Shown here: positions 46,118 through 55,794 of the stretch, in pieces
How positions within the stretch are numbered: the stretch's first letter is position 1
Layout of the letters: every line of letters starts with the position of its first letter
IMG/VR virus record: IMGVR_UViG_3300033182_000318
Location: 1-56,842 of that record
Length of the DNA: 56,842 nucleotides
DNA from: a virus
Lineage: Duplodnaviria; Caudoviricetes
Strand: one strand, 5' to 3'
Program-made: the position numbers and the translations under genes
The notes under the pieces: model-generated
The model's input: only the letters and a program-made list of their open reading frames with translations
Told to the model about the DNA's origin: nothing
Database searches by the model: none

Positions 46118-48771
46118 GAAAATCTTCCTAGTCCTAAAGAACGTAATGCTCCAGCTTTTCGTAACTTTTCAGCAGTTCCTTTTAGTGTACCATCTTTCTT
46201 ATACAAACTAGCACCAGTCAAAGTTCTAGCAGGAACACGTGCTATCATATCTTCAAAACTCTGATAAGGTGCTAGTTCAGCGATTTGAGTGGCTACAGAA
46301 GCACCTATGCCATCTATAGACATCAAACCTTTTCTAATACCGTCTTGGTCTAAAGTCCAAGCTACATCAGATTTATTGACATCAGGTGCTTTTATTTTAA
46401 TACCTAATCTCTGTGCTTCTTTAATGTATTCTTTTTCTTTAGGTGTTCCGACAGTAGTTTCTAATAATGCAGACATATAATAAAGAGGAAAATGTGTTTT
46501 CATATAAGCAGTCTGATAGCCTAAGACACCATAAGCTACAGCGTGTGCTTTATTAAAACCATATGCGTGGAAACCTTGCATCATTTCCCATATTTCATCT
46601 GCTTGTACTTTATTTAATCCTTTTGCTAAACAAAGGTCATAAATTAATTGTCTATTCTTTTCAAATGTTTTAGTTGAAGCATCTGAATAGCCACCTTTGC
46701 CATGTTTAACTTTGATAGCTGATAAGAATTGATTTAAGTTGTCATCAGGTAAACCAAGTATTCTAAGTATTTGTAATACTTGTTCTTGATAAACAACTAA
46801 ACCTAAAGTATCTTCTAATACAGGTTCAAACATTTCATGTGGATAATCTACTGCTTCTTTTTTAAATCTTCTATCTAAGAATTTTTGTGTATAACCTGTA
46901 TTCATAGTAGAAGGTCTATATAAAGCCATAATGAGAATACAATCTTCTAATGAATTAACTTTCATTTCTCTACAACCTTTCATAGCAGTCCAACCTTCAA
47001 ATTGAAATATTCCAGACTTATATCCATAAGGAACACCACGTCTTAAAGTCATAAATGTTTTTTTATCATTAAAGTTAAAATCTTCATGATAAAGTTCTAT
47101 ATCACCTCCTAAGTATTCATATACTTTTTTAACAGTTGATAGTGTTCTTAGACCTAATAAATCTACTTTGACAAAGCCAGCATTTTCTATGTCATCCATA
47201 GCCATCTGTGTAACTTGTAATCCTGAGCTCGGAATAAACATCTTTGGAACGATATCGTCAAAATCTTTCCCGTCATGTACAACATAACCTGCTGCATGAG
47301 CCGAAGGTGCTTTTAATACTTCTAAATCAGATAAAGTAGTTAAATCTCTTTGTAGCTTTTCAGGTAAATCTTCAATGCTTTTAACTTTATCAAACTTCTT
47401 CTTAAATTCTGTAGCATTGTATGCCCTTCTTTGTTTAGCCATATACTGAACAAATAAAGAACCACGACCAAAATCATCTAGTCCTAACTTGCTATATGTT
47501 CCTAATTGAACCAAATTGTATTTAGCTGATACCCAATCAACTACTTCTTGTCTTCTATCATCTTGAACATCTAAATCAATATCAGGTGGTTTACTTCTAT
47601 CCCTAGACATGAAACGAGCAAAATCTAACCCAAAATCTAATGGATTAAAGTTAGTAATACCTAATAAATAACAAACCATTGAACCATTAGCAGAGCCTCT
47701 AGTGTTAAACATAATCTGATTATCGTCCATATAATCAGTAATACTTTTAATTAATAAAAAGTAATCTGACATTTTAACGTCTTTGATTACTTGCAATTCG
47801 TGTTCAGCCCTTGCTTTCTGTGCTCGGTTTTTCGCTTTAGATAAAACTAATTCTCTAAGTTTCCCGTCTGCATCATCATCCATTGAAGGAACTTGATATT
47901 CATAATTGTTTAATCTATCAATATCAATATTGTGATTTTCTAACATAAACTTGTTAGCTTTTAATGAATTACGCCATACTTCAGAACTAAATTTACTTTT
48001 TATACTTTCAGTATTTGATAAATGATATGGGTCACCAGGAAATGAACTATCTTCTGTATCGTAATATGCAATATATTTCATTAAGTCATGTGTCTTTTGC
48101 TGTCTAGCATTTGTGTAATGACTATCTGAAGTGATAATAGTTTGTGTATTTGTTTTCTCTGCTAATTCTAATAGCTGTTCCACAATTTCATCATCTTCTT
48201 CTTTGCCGTGGTGTTGTAATTCAACAAATGTATTTGGATATAATTTTTTAATTCTATTTAAAATAGCAACAGCAGAATCCATACCTTGATTAAACATAGT
48301 TTGTTGTATCAAGCCAAAATAACAAGCAGTTAAAACAACTATATCTTCTCCTGCGAATTGCTCTAAATCTGTCCAATCTATTAATGGTTTTCTATGATAA
48401 TTTGCTCTAGTATGACTTTGATTATTCATAGCTACTAGCTTTTTATATCCTTCAGTATTTAAAGCTATTAAAATTAAATGATATCTTTTCTTTTTTAATT
48501 CATCATCTTGCTTATCAAATACAAAATATGCTTCTATACCAATAAATGGTTTGATACCGTTTTGTTTACATTCTTTATATAATTCAAATGCAGATGATAG
48601 AACACCATGCTCTGTTAAAGTTAAAGCAGGTTGATTTTGTGAAACTGCTTTTACTACTAATTCTGATACAGATGACATACCATCTAGCCAAGAATATTTA
48701 CTATGTGAATGTGTGTGAAACCAATCTATATCACGAACTGTCTGTCTTGTTCTTTTGCTTTTTCTTGACAT
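46114..48771 (-). CDS. dnaE: DNA polymerase III alpha subunit (phage type, PHP domain)
   Basis: HSHSKYSWLDG; RGSA; PDIDLD; KVDLLGL; YGFNKAHA. Confidence 0.95.
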   Translation of the reverse strand: MSRKSKRTRQTVRDIDWFHTHSHSKYSWLDGMSSVSELVVKAVSQNQPALTLTEHGVLSSAFELYKECKQNGIKPFIGIEAYFVFDKQDDELKKKRYHLILIALNTEGYKKLVAMNNQSHTRANYHRKPLIDWTDLEQFAGEDIVVLTACYFGLIQQTMFNQGMDSAVAILNRIKKLYPNTFVELQHHGKEEDDEIVEQLLELAEKTNTQTIITSDSHYTNARQQKTHDLMKYIAYYDTEDSSFPGDPYHLSNTESIKSKFSSEVWRNSLKANKFMLENHNIDIDRLNNYEYQVPSMDDDADGKLRELVLSKAKNRAQKARAEHELQVIKDVKMSDYFLLIKSITDYMDDNQIMFNTRGSANGSMVCYLLGITNFNPLDFGLDFARFMSRDRSKPPDIDLDVQDDRRQEVVDWVSAKYNLVQLGTYSKLGLDDFGRGSLFVQYMAKQRRAYNATEFKKKFDKVKSIEDLPEKLQRDLTTLSDLEVLKAPSAHAAGYVVHDGKDFDDIVPKMFIPSSGLQVTQMAMDDIENAGFVKVDLLGLRTLSTVKKVYEYLGGDIELYHEDFNFNDKKTFMTLRRGVPYGYKSGIFQFEGWTAMKGCREMKVNSLEDCILIMALYRPSTMNTGYTQKFLDRRFKKEAVDYPHEMFEPVLEDTLGLVVYQEQVLQILRILGLPDDNLNQFLSAIKVKHGKGGYSDASTKTFEKNRQLIYDLCLAKGLNKVQADEIWEMMQGFHAYGFNKAHAVAYGVLGYQTAYMKTHFPLYYMSALLETTVGTPKEKEYIKEAQRLGIKIKAPDVNKSDVAWTLDQDGIRKGLMSIDGIGASVATQIAELAPYQSFEDMIARVPARTLTGASLYKKDGTLKGTAEKLRKAGALRSLGLGRFS

Positions 48772-48980
48772 TGTTTAATCCAATCTAAATTTTTTCTTGT
48801 TCTGGCTATACCAGCTTTTCTTAATGACCATTCGGTAATGTGTTCTGCACACCTTACCACGTTAAATTCGCTATCTTTTCTTATTAACCAATATTTTCTA
48901 ATGGGATTAACTGATAAGATAGCTTTGCCACACTTATGACAAATTAAAAACTCTGGAATACTACTTTGTGTATCTTGCAT
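48726..48980 (-). CDS. Hypothetical Cys/His protein
   Basis: CHKC...RCAEH. Confidence 0.5.
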   Translation of the reverse strand: MQDTQSSIPEFLICHKCGKAILSVNPIRKYWLIRKDSEFNVVRCAEHITEWSLRKAGIARTRKNLDWIKQCQEKAKEQDRQFVI

Positions 48981-49233
48981 ACAAGTTTATTTTCATATCA
49001 ATAATTCTTGTAGTAAATTCAAAATGAGGAAACTTATTCTGTTTCTTCCATTGAGAAATATTATTCCTTAAAGATTTTTCTTGTGATAAAGGATAAGCTC
49101 CTACAATTCCCCATCTTCTTTTTTTATCATTCATTAATTGTTCTTGAACGAAGTCTGGAAAATATTTTGACTTACCTTTTCTATTTCTTCCACCTGTTTG
49201 TTTTTCAGGTAATTCTTCTATAAATTCTACCAT
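48961..49233 (-). CDS. Hypothetical protein
   Basis: Likely start MVEFIEELP after AAAGGA. Confidence 0.55.
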   Translation of the reverse strand: MVEFIEELPEKQTGGRNRKGKSKYFPDFVQEQLMNDKKRRWGIVGAYPLSQEKSLRNNISQWKKQNKFPHFEFTTRIIDMKINLYARYTK

Positions 49234-49250
49234 TGTGTTCCTTTCATATA

Positions 49251-49306
49251 GAAAAAGCACAGTAGTCTGGCGGATTGGGTTGTGACTAGACTAGCTGTGC
49301 TTTTTC
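49251..49306. terminator. Long intergenic hairpin (terminator or RNase III site)
   Basis: GAAAAAGCACAG-TAGTCTGG...CTAGACTA-G-CTGTGCTTTTTC. Confidence 0.6.
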
Positions 49307-49318
49307 GTTATACGTATA

Positions 49319-50329
49319 CTACTTTGTAGGGTAGTAACCTTTTGCTTTTGCGTATATAGCACAATCGCTAATAAATTTAGTTTGATAACTAAGCACGAAA
49401 GCAACTAATTTTGCCTTATCACCACCAGCTTGTGTAACAGGAATTTCATAATCTTTACAAATATTCTTGATTTCGCCAATGGTCATATCATCTAGTTCTT
49501 CTTTTGTGAATGGGTCATCTCCCCAAACTGCATTTTCAAAATCTTCTACAGATTCGAAATCAGTATCTAAATCTTCAAAAATTTCTGATACTTCTTCAGC
49601 ATTATCAAATAATTGATATTCACCACTAGATTCTTCTAATGCAATATTTTCTGCTGTTTCGTCTTCAGTTTCTACTTCGATATCTTCAAAGAAACTTTCG
49701 TCTTCTTCTACTGTTTCTTCTACAATAGAATCTTCTACGATATCGTCATCATCTTCTACGAAATCGACATCATCATCAGTTGGTGTAGATGTCTTTGCTG
49801 TATTGTTAAATAAAGCATTTTCATTTCCCATAGCTGAATTAAATGCTGTTTCCAGAATTTCCAATAAATCAAGTTTAGAATATTTTGCACTTTCAAAACT
49901 TGTAGGTGCTTCTGGAGTAACATCATAAGATGTGTCAAGACCTTTACCAGTTCGCATTATCTCATAATCTCTATCAGTAATGGTATTGTATCGGTCATAT
50001 CTTAGAACCAAACGATTAGCTAAGTCTTTAGGCATTTTCAATGCTATGACTTGGTCTGTTTCTCTGTCCACACATTGTGCTAAGAACCTTTGTGAAGGTC
50101 TTACAGGTGGTTCAACTCCATCAGCTACTGGAATATATCTTCTGATATCATTGTCCCAATATTCTTGATAGGCAAACCATTCATCTGGTTCAGTTAGGAA
50201 TCTGACAACTTTAGTGTTATCAGCTTGGACGTTAGTGATAAGTGGTGCGGAACTTTTGTTAAACATTCCTTTCAAGTGTCCAACGGACTTGAATGTACCA
50301 CCTTTTATACTTGGCTTACTTTCTGTCAT
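49319..50329 (-). CDS. Putative single-stranded DNA-binding protein (gp32-like) with acidic linker
   Basis: VVRFL; DRDYEIMRTGKGLDTSYDV; long acidic stretch; heads the replication operon. Confidence 0.65.
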   Translation of the reverse strand: MTESKPSIKGGTFKSVGHLKGMFNKSSAPLITNVQADNTKVVRFLTEPDEWFAYQEYWDNDIRRYIPVADGVEPPVRPSQRFLAQCVDRETDQVIALKMPKDLANRLVLRYDRYNTITDRDYEIMRTGKGLDTSYDVTPEAPTSFESAKYSKLDLLEILETAFNSAMGNENALFNNTAKTSTPTDDDVDFVEDDDDIVEDSIVEETVEEDESFFEDIEVETEDETAENIALEESSGEYQLFDNAEEVSEIFEDLDTDFESVEDFENAVWGDDPFTKEELDDMTIGEIKNICKDYEIPVTQAGGDKAKLVAFVLSYQTKFISDCAIYAKAKGYYPTK

Positions 50330-50421
50330 TTTATTTCTCCTTCTTGCTTAATTGCCACTAAGGGCTTTTATTGCTTATATGATAAAATATAGTATAGCGT
50401 GTATTTTATGTAAACAAATTT

Positions 50422-51012
50422 TTAAGAAATTATTTTGCCTTTTGTTTTAGCATCTAATCTAATTAAAGTTCCATTAATTTCTTGTAGTTTTTCAAAAACC
50501 ATTTTTGATGAAATCATATCATCACCACTTTTATTTGAAGTAGTTGGTTTGAATAAATCTTGTATGTTCTGATATGTAATGGAAACTTTCTCTCCATTAA
50601 GTAAAGCATTAGAAATTTTCTTATATGCCTTTTTATAAGCATCACCACTATTACCAACAAAACCATCTTTACCTCTATCTAAGTCTTGTTGAGTTTCGCC
50701 TAAAATGTAACATCCTGCGGTATGCTCATCCGTGTTTCCAGAGTGAATTAATATGAACTCGAAACCAGGAACATTTTGTAACCAAAGCATTCCGTGGTGT
50801 TCAGAACCATACCTACTAGCATATTTAGTATGAAATCCACCTACTGTTCTAAATTTAATATCGTATGTTCCTTCTGGGATAGCAGTTTCTCCGTATACTT
50901 TTACTTCTCTAACTTCATCTTCTAACCCATAACATTCAAATTCTCCATCAATAAAAAATAAAGAATTTGTGGCATCTTTGCCAAATTGAAATCTAACGAC
51001 ATCTAATTTCAT
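50422..51012 (-). CDS. DUF5675-like putative peptidoglycan peptidase/endolysin
   Basis: TAIPEGTY; ILIHSGNT...TAGCYILG. Confidence 0.7.
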   Translation of the reverse strand: MKLDVVRFQFGKDATNSLFFIDGEFECYGLEDEVREVKVYGETAIPEGTYDIKFRTVGGFHTKYASRYGSEHHGMLWLQNVPGFEFILIHSGNTDEHTAGCYILGETQQDLDRGKDGFVGNSGDAYKKAYKKISNALLNGEKVSITYQNIQDLFKPTTSNKSGDDMISSKMVFEKLQEINGTLIRLDAKTKGKIIS

Positions 51013-51227
51013 GCAGTTCCTTCTGGTTTAATATCTTCATCTACTTTGTCATTATTTTGAATTAAAGAATTATATTTTAATTTATATTGGTTAGCTATTG
51101 CTAATGCCTGAGTTAAATTATCTTCTAACTCCATAATTCTATTTCTTTGAACAGCAATAACAGTATGAGCGTCTAATTGCTCACCCTGCATTTGTTCTTG
51201 TTGTTGTTGTTTAGTTTCTTTACTCAT
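51009..51227 (-). CDS. Small coiled-coil protein
   Basis: 72 aa; GGAG RBS. Confidence 0.5.
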   Translation of the reverse strand: MSKETKQQQQEQMQGEQLDAHTVIAVQRNRIMELEDNLTQALAIANQYKLKYNSLIQNNDKVDEDIKPEGTA

Positions 51228-51316
51228 ATTTTCTCCAATAATATTATGTTGTCCATTTTACTACACATGTGCCACTATTAATAATACATATATCTGTTCG
51301 TATTGTCATTAATTAA

Positions 51317-51685
51317 TCATTCCTCCCAGAGCCAAGTAGTTTCGTTTAGTGTATAATTCTCATCTGGTTGAGGTGCTATAAAAACATCATTTTCTGTATC
51401 ATATGTATATCCTTCTGCTGGATAGTTGCCTCTAAAGGCTTTAGATTGGTCACCCTCTACTTTTTTTTCAAAATTATCTTCTTGCATTTCCATTACCCAA
51501 TACTTATTACCATAAGTGTTATAAGAACATTGTTTCCATACTGTATCTTCTCCATATAATGATTGTAAAAACTCAACACCATTTGATTCTTCTTCAATAC
51601 CATCTTCATTTAACAATTCATTATTGTGAATGACAGTTAATCTAATAACAATATTATTTTCATTTAATTCTGCAAAATGTGCCAT
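51317..51685 (-). CDS. MAHFAEL-type protein partnering glycine-rich genes
   Basis: MAHFAELNENN...WKQCSYNT...FRGNY...YD...DVFIAP; likely start 51685. Confidence 0.7.
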   Translation of the reverse strand: MAHFAELNENNIVIRLTVIHNNELLNEDGIEEESNGVEFLQSLYGEDTVWKQCSYNTYGNKYWVMEMQEDNFEKKVEGDQSKAFRGNYPAEGYTYDTENDVFIAPQPDENYTLNETTWLWEE

Positions 51686-52596
51686 TATACTGTAAAACTC
51701 CCACTCCCTGTCCAACCATAGTATCTATATGTTGCATCAACTCCTACTGTTGGAGAACCTGTAGTTGCAGTTAAAGTTTTATCACTTGGTATTCTGACAT
51801 ATACCATTCCAGAACCACCAGCATTACCTGCATTAACTTCTCCACCTCCGCCACCACCTGTGTTTGTTCCACCATTATGACCTGAATTATCTGGTCTACC
51901 CATACCACCACCACCAGCTCCGCCATTAGAGTGATTACCAGAAGTAGAACCTCCAGCACCACCTCCACAAAAATAACCACCAGAACCACCTACTCCAGCA
52001 CCAGAAGTCCAAGCAGAGAAATTTACTCCAGAGCCACCGTTACCACCAGTATTCCAAGCTCCACCACCGTTACCACCATTACCAACAGCACCACCAGCTC
52101 CACCACCTGCTGTATAAGAGTTTGTACCAGAACCACCATTACCACCTAAAGAACCTGTACCGCCACCTTGTCCAGAACCACCACCAGAACCTACATTACC
52201 ACTTAAACCACTACCACCCGGAGAACCACCACGAACACCACCTACCATAGTTGCATTACCGCTATCAATAACATTTCCACCAGAATCTTCTATCTTAGAT
52301 GTTCCACCTTGTGCTTTTGCTGCACCTCCGTTACCAACTGTTACTGTGTAAGTATCACCAGATTGTAAAGCTACTGTGTTTGTTTTATAATAACCACCAG
52401 CACCTCCACCGTTCCAAGAACCACCACCGCCAGATATAACTAAATATTCTATATCTTGCGTATTAAACTTTCTCCATTTATCTTCTGCTACTAATATTGC
52501 TACTTCATTAATATCGAAAATACCAGAGTTATGTGCGTTTGTTTGTGAAACATCTTTTACTTTGGTACCTATGTGACCGAATCTTCTTCTACCCAC
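51685..52596 (-). CDS. Glycine-rich domain virion protein
   Basis: YLVISGGGG...NTGGGGGG...GGSGMVYVR. Confidence 0.7.
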   Translation of the reverse strand: MGRRRFGHIGTKVKDVSQTNAHNSGIFDINEVAILVAEDKWRKFNTQDIEYLVISGGGGSWNGGGAGGYYKTNTVALQSGDTYTVTVGNGGAAKAQGGTSKIEDSGGNVIDSGNATMVGGVRGGSPGGSGLSGNVGSGGGSGQGGGTGSLGGNGGSGTNSYTAGGGAGGAVGNGGNGGGAWNTGGNGGSGVNFSAWTSGAGVGGSGGYFCGGGAGGSTSGNHSNGGAGGGGMGRPDNSGHNGGTNTGGGGGGEVNAGNAGGSGMVYVRIPSDKTLTATTGSPTVGVDATYRYYGWTGSGSFTV

Positions 52597-52603
52597 AATT
52601 AAC

Positions 52604-52933
52604 CTATGATATTTCTATATAACTTATAACTATCTCTAAATCATTTGCAGTAGAAGCCCAAGCTCTAAGCTCATCATTAGGTTCAAGAACTAACTTTCCA
52701 CCTATCGGATTAATAGCTGAATCAGCAGGGACAGCAACAGTAGATGTTAATGCTTTAGCTGAAGTAGCTGATTGGTCATAATAATCTATATTGACATCAG
52801 CAGAGTTTGTTCCGTGAACATTGGCTACTTGACATAATATGACTATTTGTTTATTGCTTGTGCTATTAGTATGAACAGCAGTATCAGCAGTTGTTCCCAA
52901 TGCTGCGTTTATTGAATGAAATGTTTCAGCCAT
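52604..52933 (-). CDS. Virion structural protein (beta-rich)
   Basis: VAVPADS...GKLVLEPNDEL...ISYIEI pattern. Confidence 0.55.
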   Translation of the reverse strand: MAETFHSINAALGTTADTAVHTNSTSNKQIVILCQVANVHGTNSADVNIDYYDQSATSAKALTSTVAVPADSAINPIGGKLVLEPNDELRAWASTANDLEIVISYIEIS

Positions 52934-53218
52934 TTACTCTCCTAATGCTATTACTAAACCAACAGAAACGCCTGTTGTATCTGTGTCAATATTTCCCCAG
53001 ACAGTCCCATTGTAATACTGTAATTTGCTCTCTGTCGAGTTAAAGATAACCTCACCTGTTGCTGGAGAAGCAAGTGCATCTCTTTCTGTTGTAGTAAATA
53101 CAGGCATTTTTAAAGGTGTTGCACCAGTTTCTGAACCATCAAAAAACTCGGCTAATCCATTTGAATCGCCATCTTCAAATCTTATTCTTACTGGTCTATT
53201 TCCGTATGATGTTACCAT
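52934..53218 (-). CDS. Small virion protein
   Basis: TTTERDAL...GEVIFNST...LQYYNGTVW module shared with the glycine-rich paralogs. Confidence 0.55.
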   Translation of the reverse strand: MVTSYGNRPVRIRFEDGDSNGLAEFFDGSETGATPLKMPVFTTTERDALASPATGEVIFNSTESKLQYYNGTVWGNIDTDTTGVSVGLVIALGE

Positions 53219-53219
53219 A

Positions 53220-54308
53220 TTAACTCCAGCTCACAGTTCCTGTACCTGCGGTAAATATTGCAATATTGTCTGAACTATTTGTAGTTGTTGAACTAGTTAA
53301 ACCTGCTCCAACACTAATAGTTTTGTCATTTGGATATCTTAATATTACGACACCGGAGCCGCCTGCGCCGCCGACTGCACCAGCACCTCCACCACCACCG
53401 CCGCCAGTATTGGCAGTCCCGCTTGCTCCTGTTGTAGAAGTGCCGCCAGCGCCACCACCGGCTGTAGCGGTTCCGCCAGCAACAGTTCCAGAGGCTCGGC
53501 TACTTGAGGCTCCACCACCACCGCCAGCTCTAGCAACTGCGGAACCGGTTATTGATGATGTAACTCCAGACCCACCATTACATCCGGTATTTGTATTTCC
53601 TGTTTGTGCTGCGCCAGCACCACCAGCACCACCGCCAGCACCACCGGCGCCATCATTTGCTGGTTTGCTGCCAGAATATCCCTGTCCAGATGTCCCGCTA
53701 CCGGCGGTGCCACCAAGCCCGTTTGCTCCACCACCAGAGCCGCCGTCTCCATTTCCTGTGTAAAAGGAAGGAGTGCCACCTGCCGATATACCGCCACCGC
53801 CGCCGGTGGCTGTAACTGAGCTAAAAACAGAATTGTTTCCCGGTCTTCCGCCGCCATTACTGTTATCAGCAACAGCAGCACCAGCAGAACCACCAGCACC
53901 AACTGTTACTGTGTAATTAAAACTTGGGGTTACTTCTAAAGAACTTTCTGCACTGTTACCACCACCAGAAGATTCATTATTATAAGCAGAGCGATAACCG
54001 CCTGCACCACCGCCACCGGCGCCAGTATTGTTTATAACAGCACCACCACCACCACCACCGCCACCAGCAATAACTAAATATGAAATATCTATTGTAAAAG
54101 TACTAGAAGACATAGCATTCCAACTAGAACCATTGTAAACATACAAAGTTCCATCAGTAGAATTATATATTGTATCTCCAGCAGACATACCAGTAAGTGC
54201 GTTTATTTCGGAAGTTGTATAACTTTTTAACCTAAGTGAATTAGATAAAGCAATACCATTACCAGAAGTCTTCTCTGATATGTTATCGACTTTTAATTCA
54301 CTAGCCAT
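53220..54308 (-). CDS. Glycine-rich domain virion protein
   Basis: MASELKVDNI...; YLVIAGGGGG...GGSGVVILRY; C-terminal part GC-rich. Confidence 0.75.
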   Translation of the reverse strand: MASELKVDNISEKTSGNGIALSNSLRLKSYTTSEINALTGMSAGDTIYNSTDGTLYVYNGSSWNAMSSSTFTIDISYLVIAGGGGGGGGAVINNTGAGGGGAGGYRSAYNNESSGGGNSAESSLEVTPSFNYTVTVGAGGSAGAAVADNSNGGGRPGNNSVFSSVTATGGGGGISAGGTPSFYTGNGDGGSGGGANGLGGTAGSGTSGQGYSGSKPANDGAGGAGGGAGGAGAAQTGNTNTGCNGGSGVTSSITGSAVARAGGGGGASSSRASGTVAGGTATAGGGAGGTSTTGASGTANTGGGGGGGAGAVGGAGGSGVVILRYPNDKTISVGAGLTSSTTTNSSDNIAIFTAGTGTVSWS

Positions 54309-54705
54309 TGACTAATTCCCAACCTTGTGTGTTATCACCATTGTAAGCATTCTCGTTCCAAATATATGCTTCTCCATCATCTGGATAATCATTTGGAGCT
54401 TGCCATATCCAGTTTTCGTCTAAAGCCCAACTTGGATATGGTTGTGGTGGATAAAACACATCATTTTCTTCATCAAATGTGAAGCCAATACCTGCATAGT
54501 TCCCACGATATGGTGTTCCATCTAAGGTATGAGAATTACCAACAGTGTTGTAAGAAGTTCTTTTGCAGGTTTGTCCACGAAAATCTGCATACCATTCTTC
54601 CCAGCTATCAAAGCCTTCTGGAAGGTCTTCGTTATCGTCTTCGTCTTTACCTACAATAACTTCAGTTACTATATTGTTGTCGTTTAAAAAGGCATAATGT
54701 GCCAT
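54301..54705 (-). CDS. MAHYAFL-type protein (paralog of 51317-51685)
   Basis: MAHYAFLNDNNIVTEVIVG...RTSYNT...RGNYAGIG...PQPYPSW. Confidence 0.7.
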   Translation of the reverse strand: MAHYAFLNDNNIVTEVIVGKDEDDNEDLPEGFDSWEEWYADFRGQTCKRTSYNTVGNSHTLDGTPYRGNYAGIGFTFDEENDVFYPPQPYPSWALDENWIWQAPNDYPDDGEAYIWNENAYNGDNTQGWELVNG

Positions 54706-54762
54706 ATTATTCTCCTATCTTTCTAAATATTATCATGTTATTTTTTTCATTAAAAGTTTGCA

Positions 54763-55788
54763 TTATGACCAACTTACTGTTCCACTTGTTTCAATTTGTA
54801 TATATTTACTTGAATTATCACTTTGTTCTCCTGCTGTAGATGAAGCACCACCAGATAAGGATATTGAATAAATAGCAGGATAACGAAGTATTACTACTCC
54901 AGAACCTCCAGCAGTTGATGTTCCATTAGGATAACCTGCTCCTCCACCACCTGTAAAAGCTGTACCAGCAGTTGCAGTAGCAGAAGCATTACCAGACATA
55001 CCACCATTACCTCCTCCACCAGAACCACCAATACCTTTAGTAGGTGTTCCTGTGTTGCTAAATGCACCACCACCTCCACCACCAGCTCTAGTTACACTAG
55101 AACCTGTGATTGTAGAAGCTAAACCTGCACCACCATTACCACCATCTCTAACACCTGGAGCATTTTCACCAACACCACTAGCTCCACCACCTCCACCACC
55201 AGCTTGACTACCACTTTCTCCATTACCAGAACCACCATCACGACCTTCATTGGGTGTACCAGAACCACCTGCATTACCTGGTCCATTACCACCACCACCA
55301 GAACCACCTGTAGCTCCTGCACCAGTTGTACCAGCACCACCACCTGTAGATGTTATTGAGGAAAATACACTATTACCACCATTAGTACCATTACCAGAAG
55401 TACCACCTGCACCACCTCCACCTATAGTTACTGTATAAGAAGTACCAACAACAGCACTTATGTAAGTTTCTTCTGAACTGTTAGCACCGGATGTACCATA
55501 AGAAGTTCTATAACCACCAGCTCCACCAGCAGAATATCCATAAGAACCTCCACCACCTCCAGCTATAACAAGGTAATCTACTGGAACATTTTTTGCTCCA
55601 AGATTACTCCAAGATGTACCATCATAATATTGAACCTTACTATCAGTAGAGTTATAAATTATATCCCCAGCAACAGAAGTTAAAGCATCTCTTTGAGGAG
55701 TAGTATATGACTTTAATTGTAAAGCATTATCCATTGCGACATTATTACCGCTTCTTGTTTCTATGTTATCTACTTTTAATCTACTCAT
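54763..55788 (-). CDS. Glycine-rich domain virion protein
   Basis: Paralog; LKSYTT.QRDALTSVAGD N-terminal module. Confidence 0.75.
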   Translation of the reverse strand: MSRLKVDNIETRSGNNVAMDNALQLKSYTTPQRDALTSVAGDIIYNSTDSKVQYYDGTSWSNLGAKNVPVDYLVIAGGGGGSYGYSAGGAGGYRTSYGTSGANSSEETYISAVVGTSYTVTIGGGGAGGTSGNGTNGGNSVFSSITSTGGGAGTTGAGATGGSGGGGNGPGNAGGSGTPNEGRDGGSGNGESGSQAGGGGGGASGVGENAPGVRDGGNGGAGLASTITGSSVTRAGGGGGGAFSNTGTPTKGIGGSGGGGNGGMSGNASATATAGTAFTGGGGAGYPNGTSTAGGSGVVILRYPAIYSISLSGGASSTAGEQSDNSSKYIQIETSGTVSWS

Positions 55789-55794
55789 AATATC

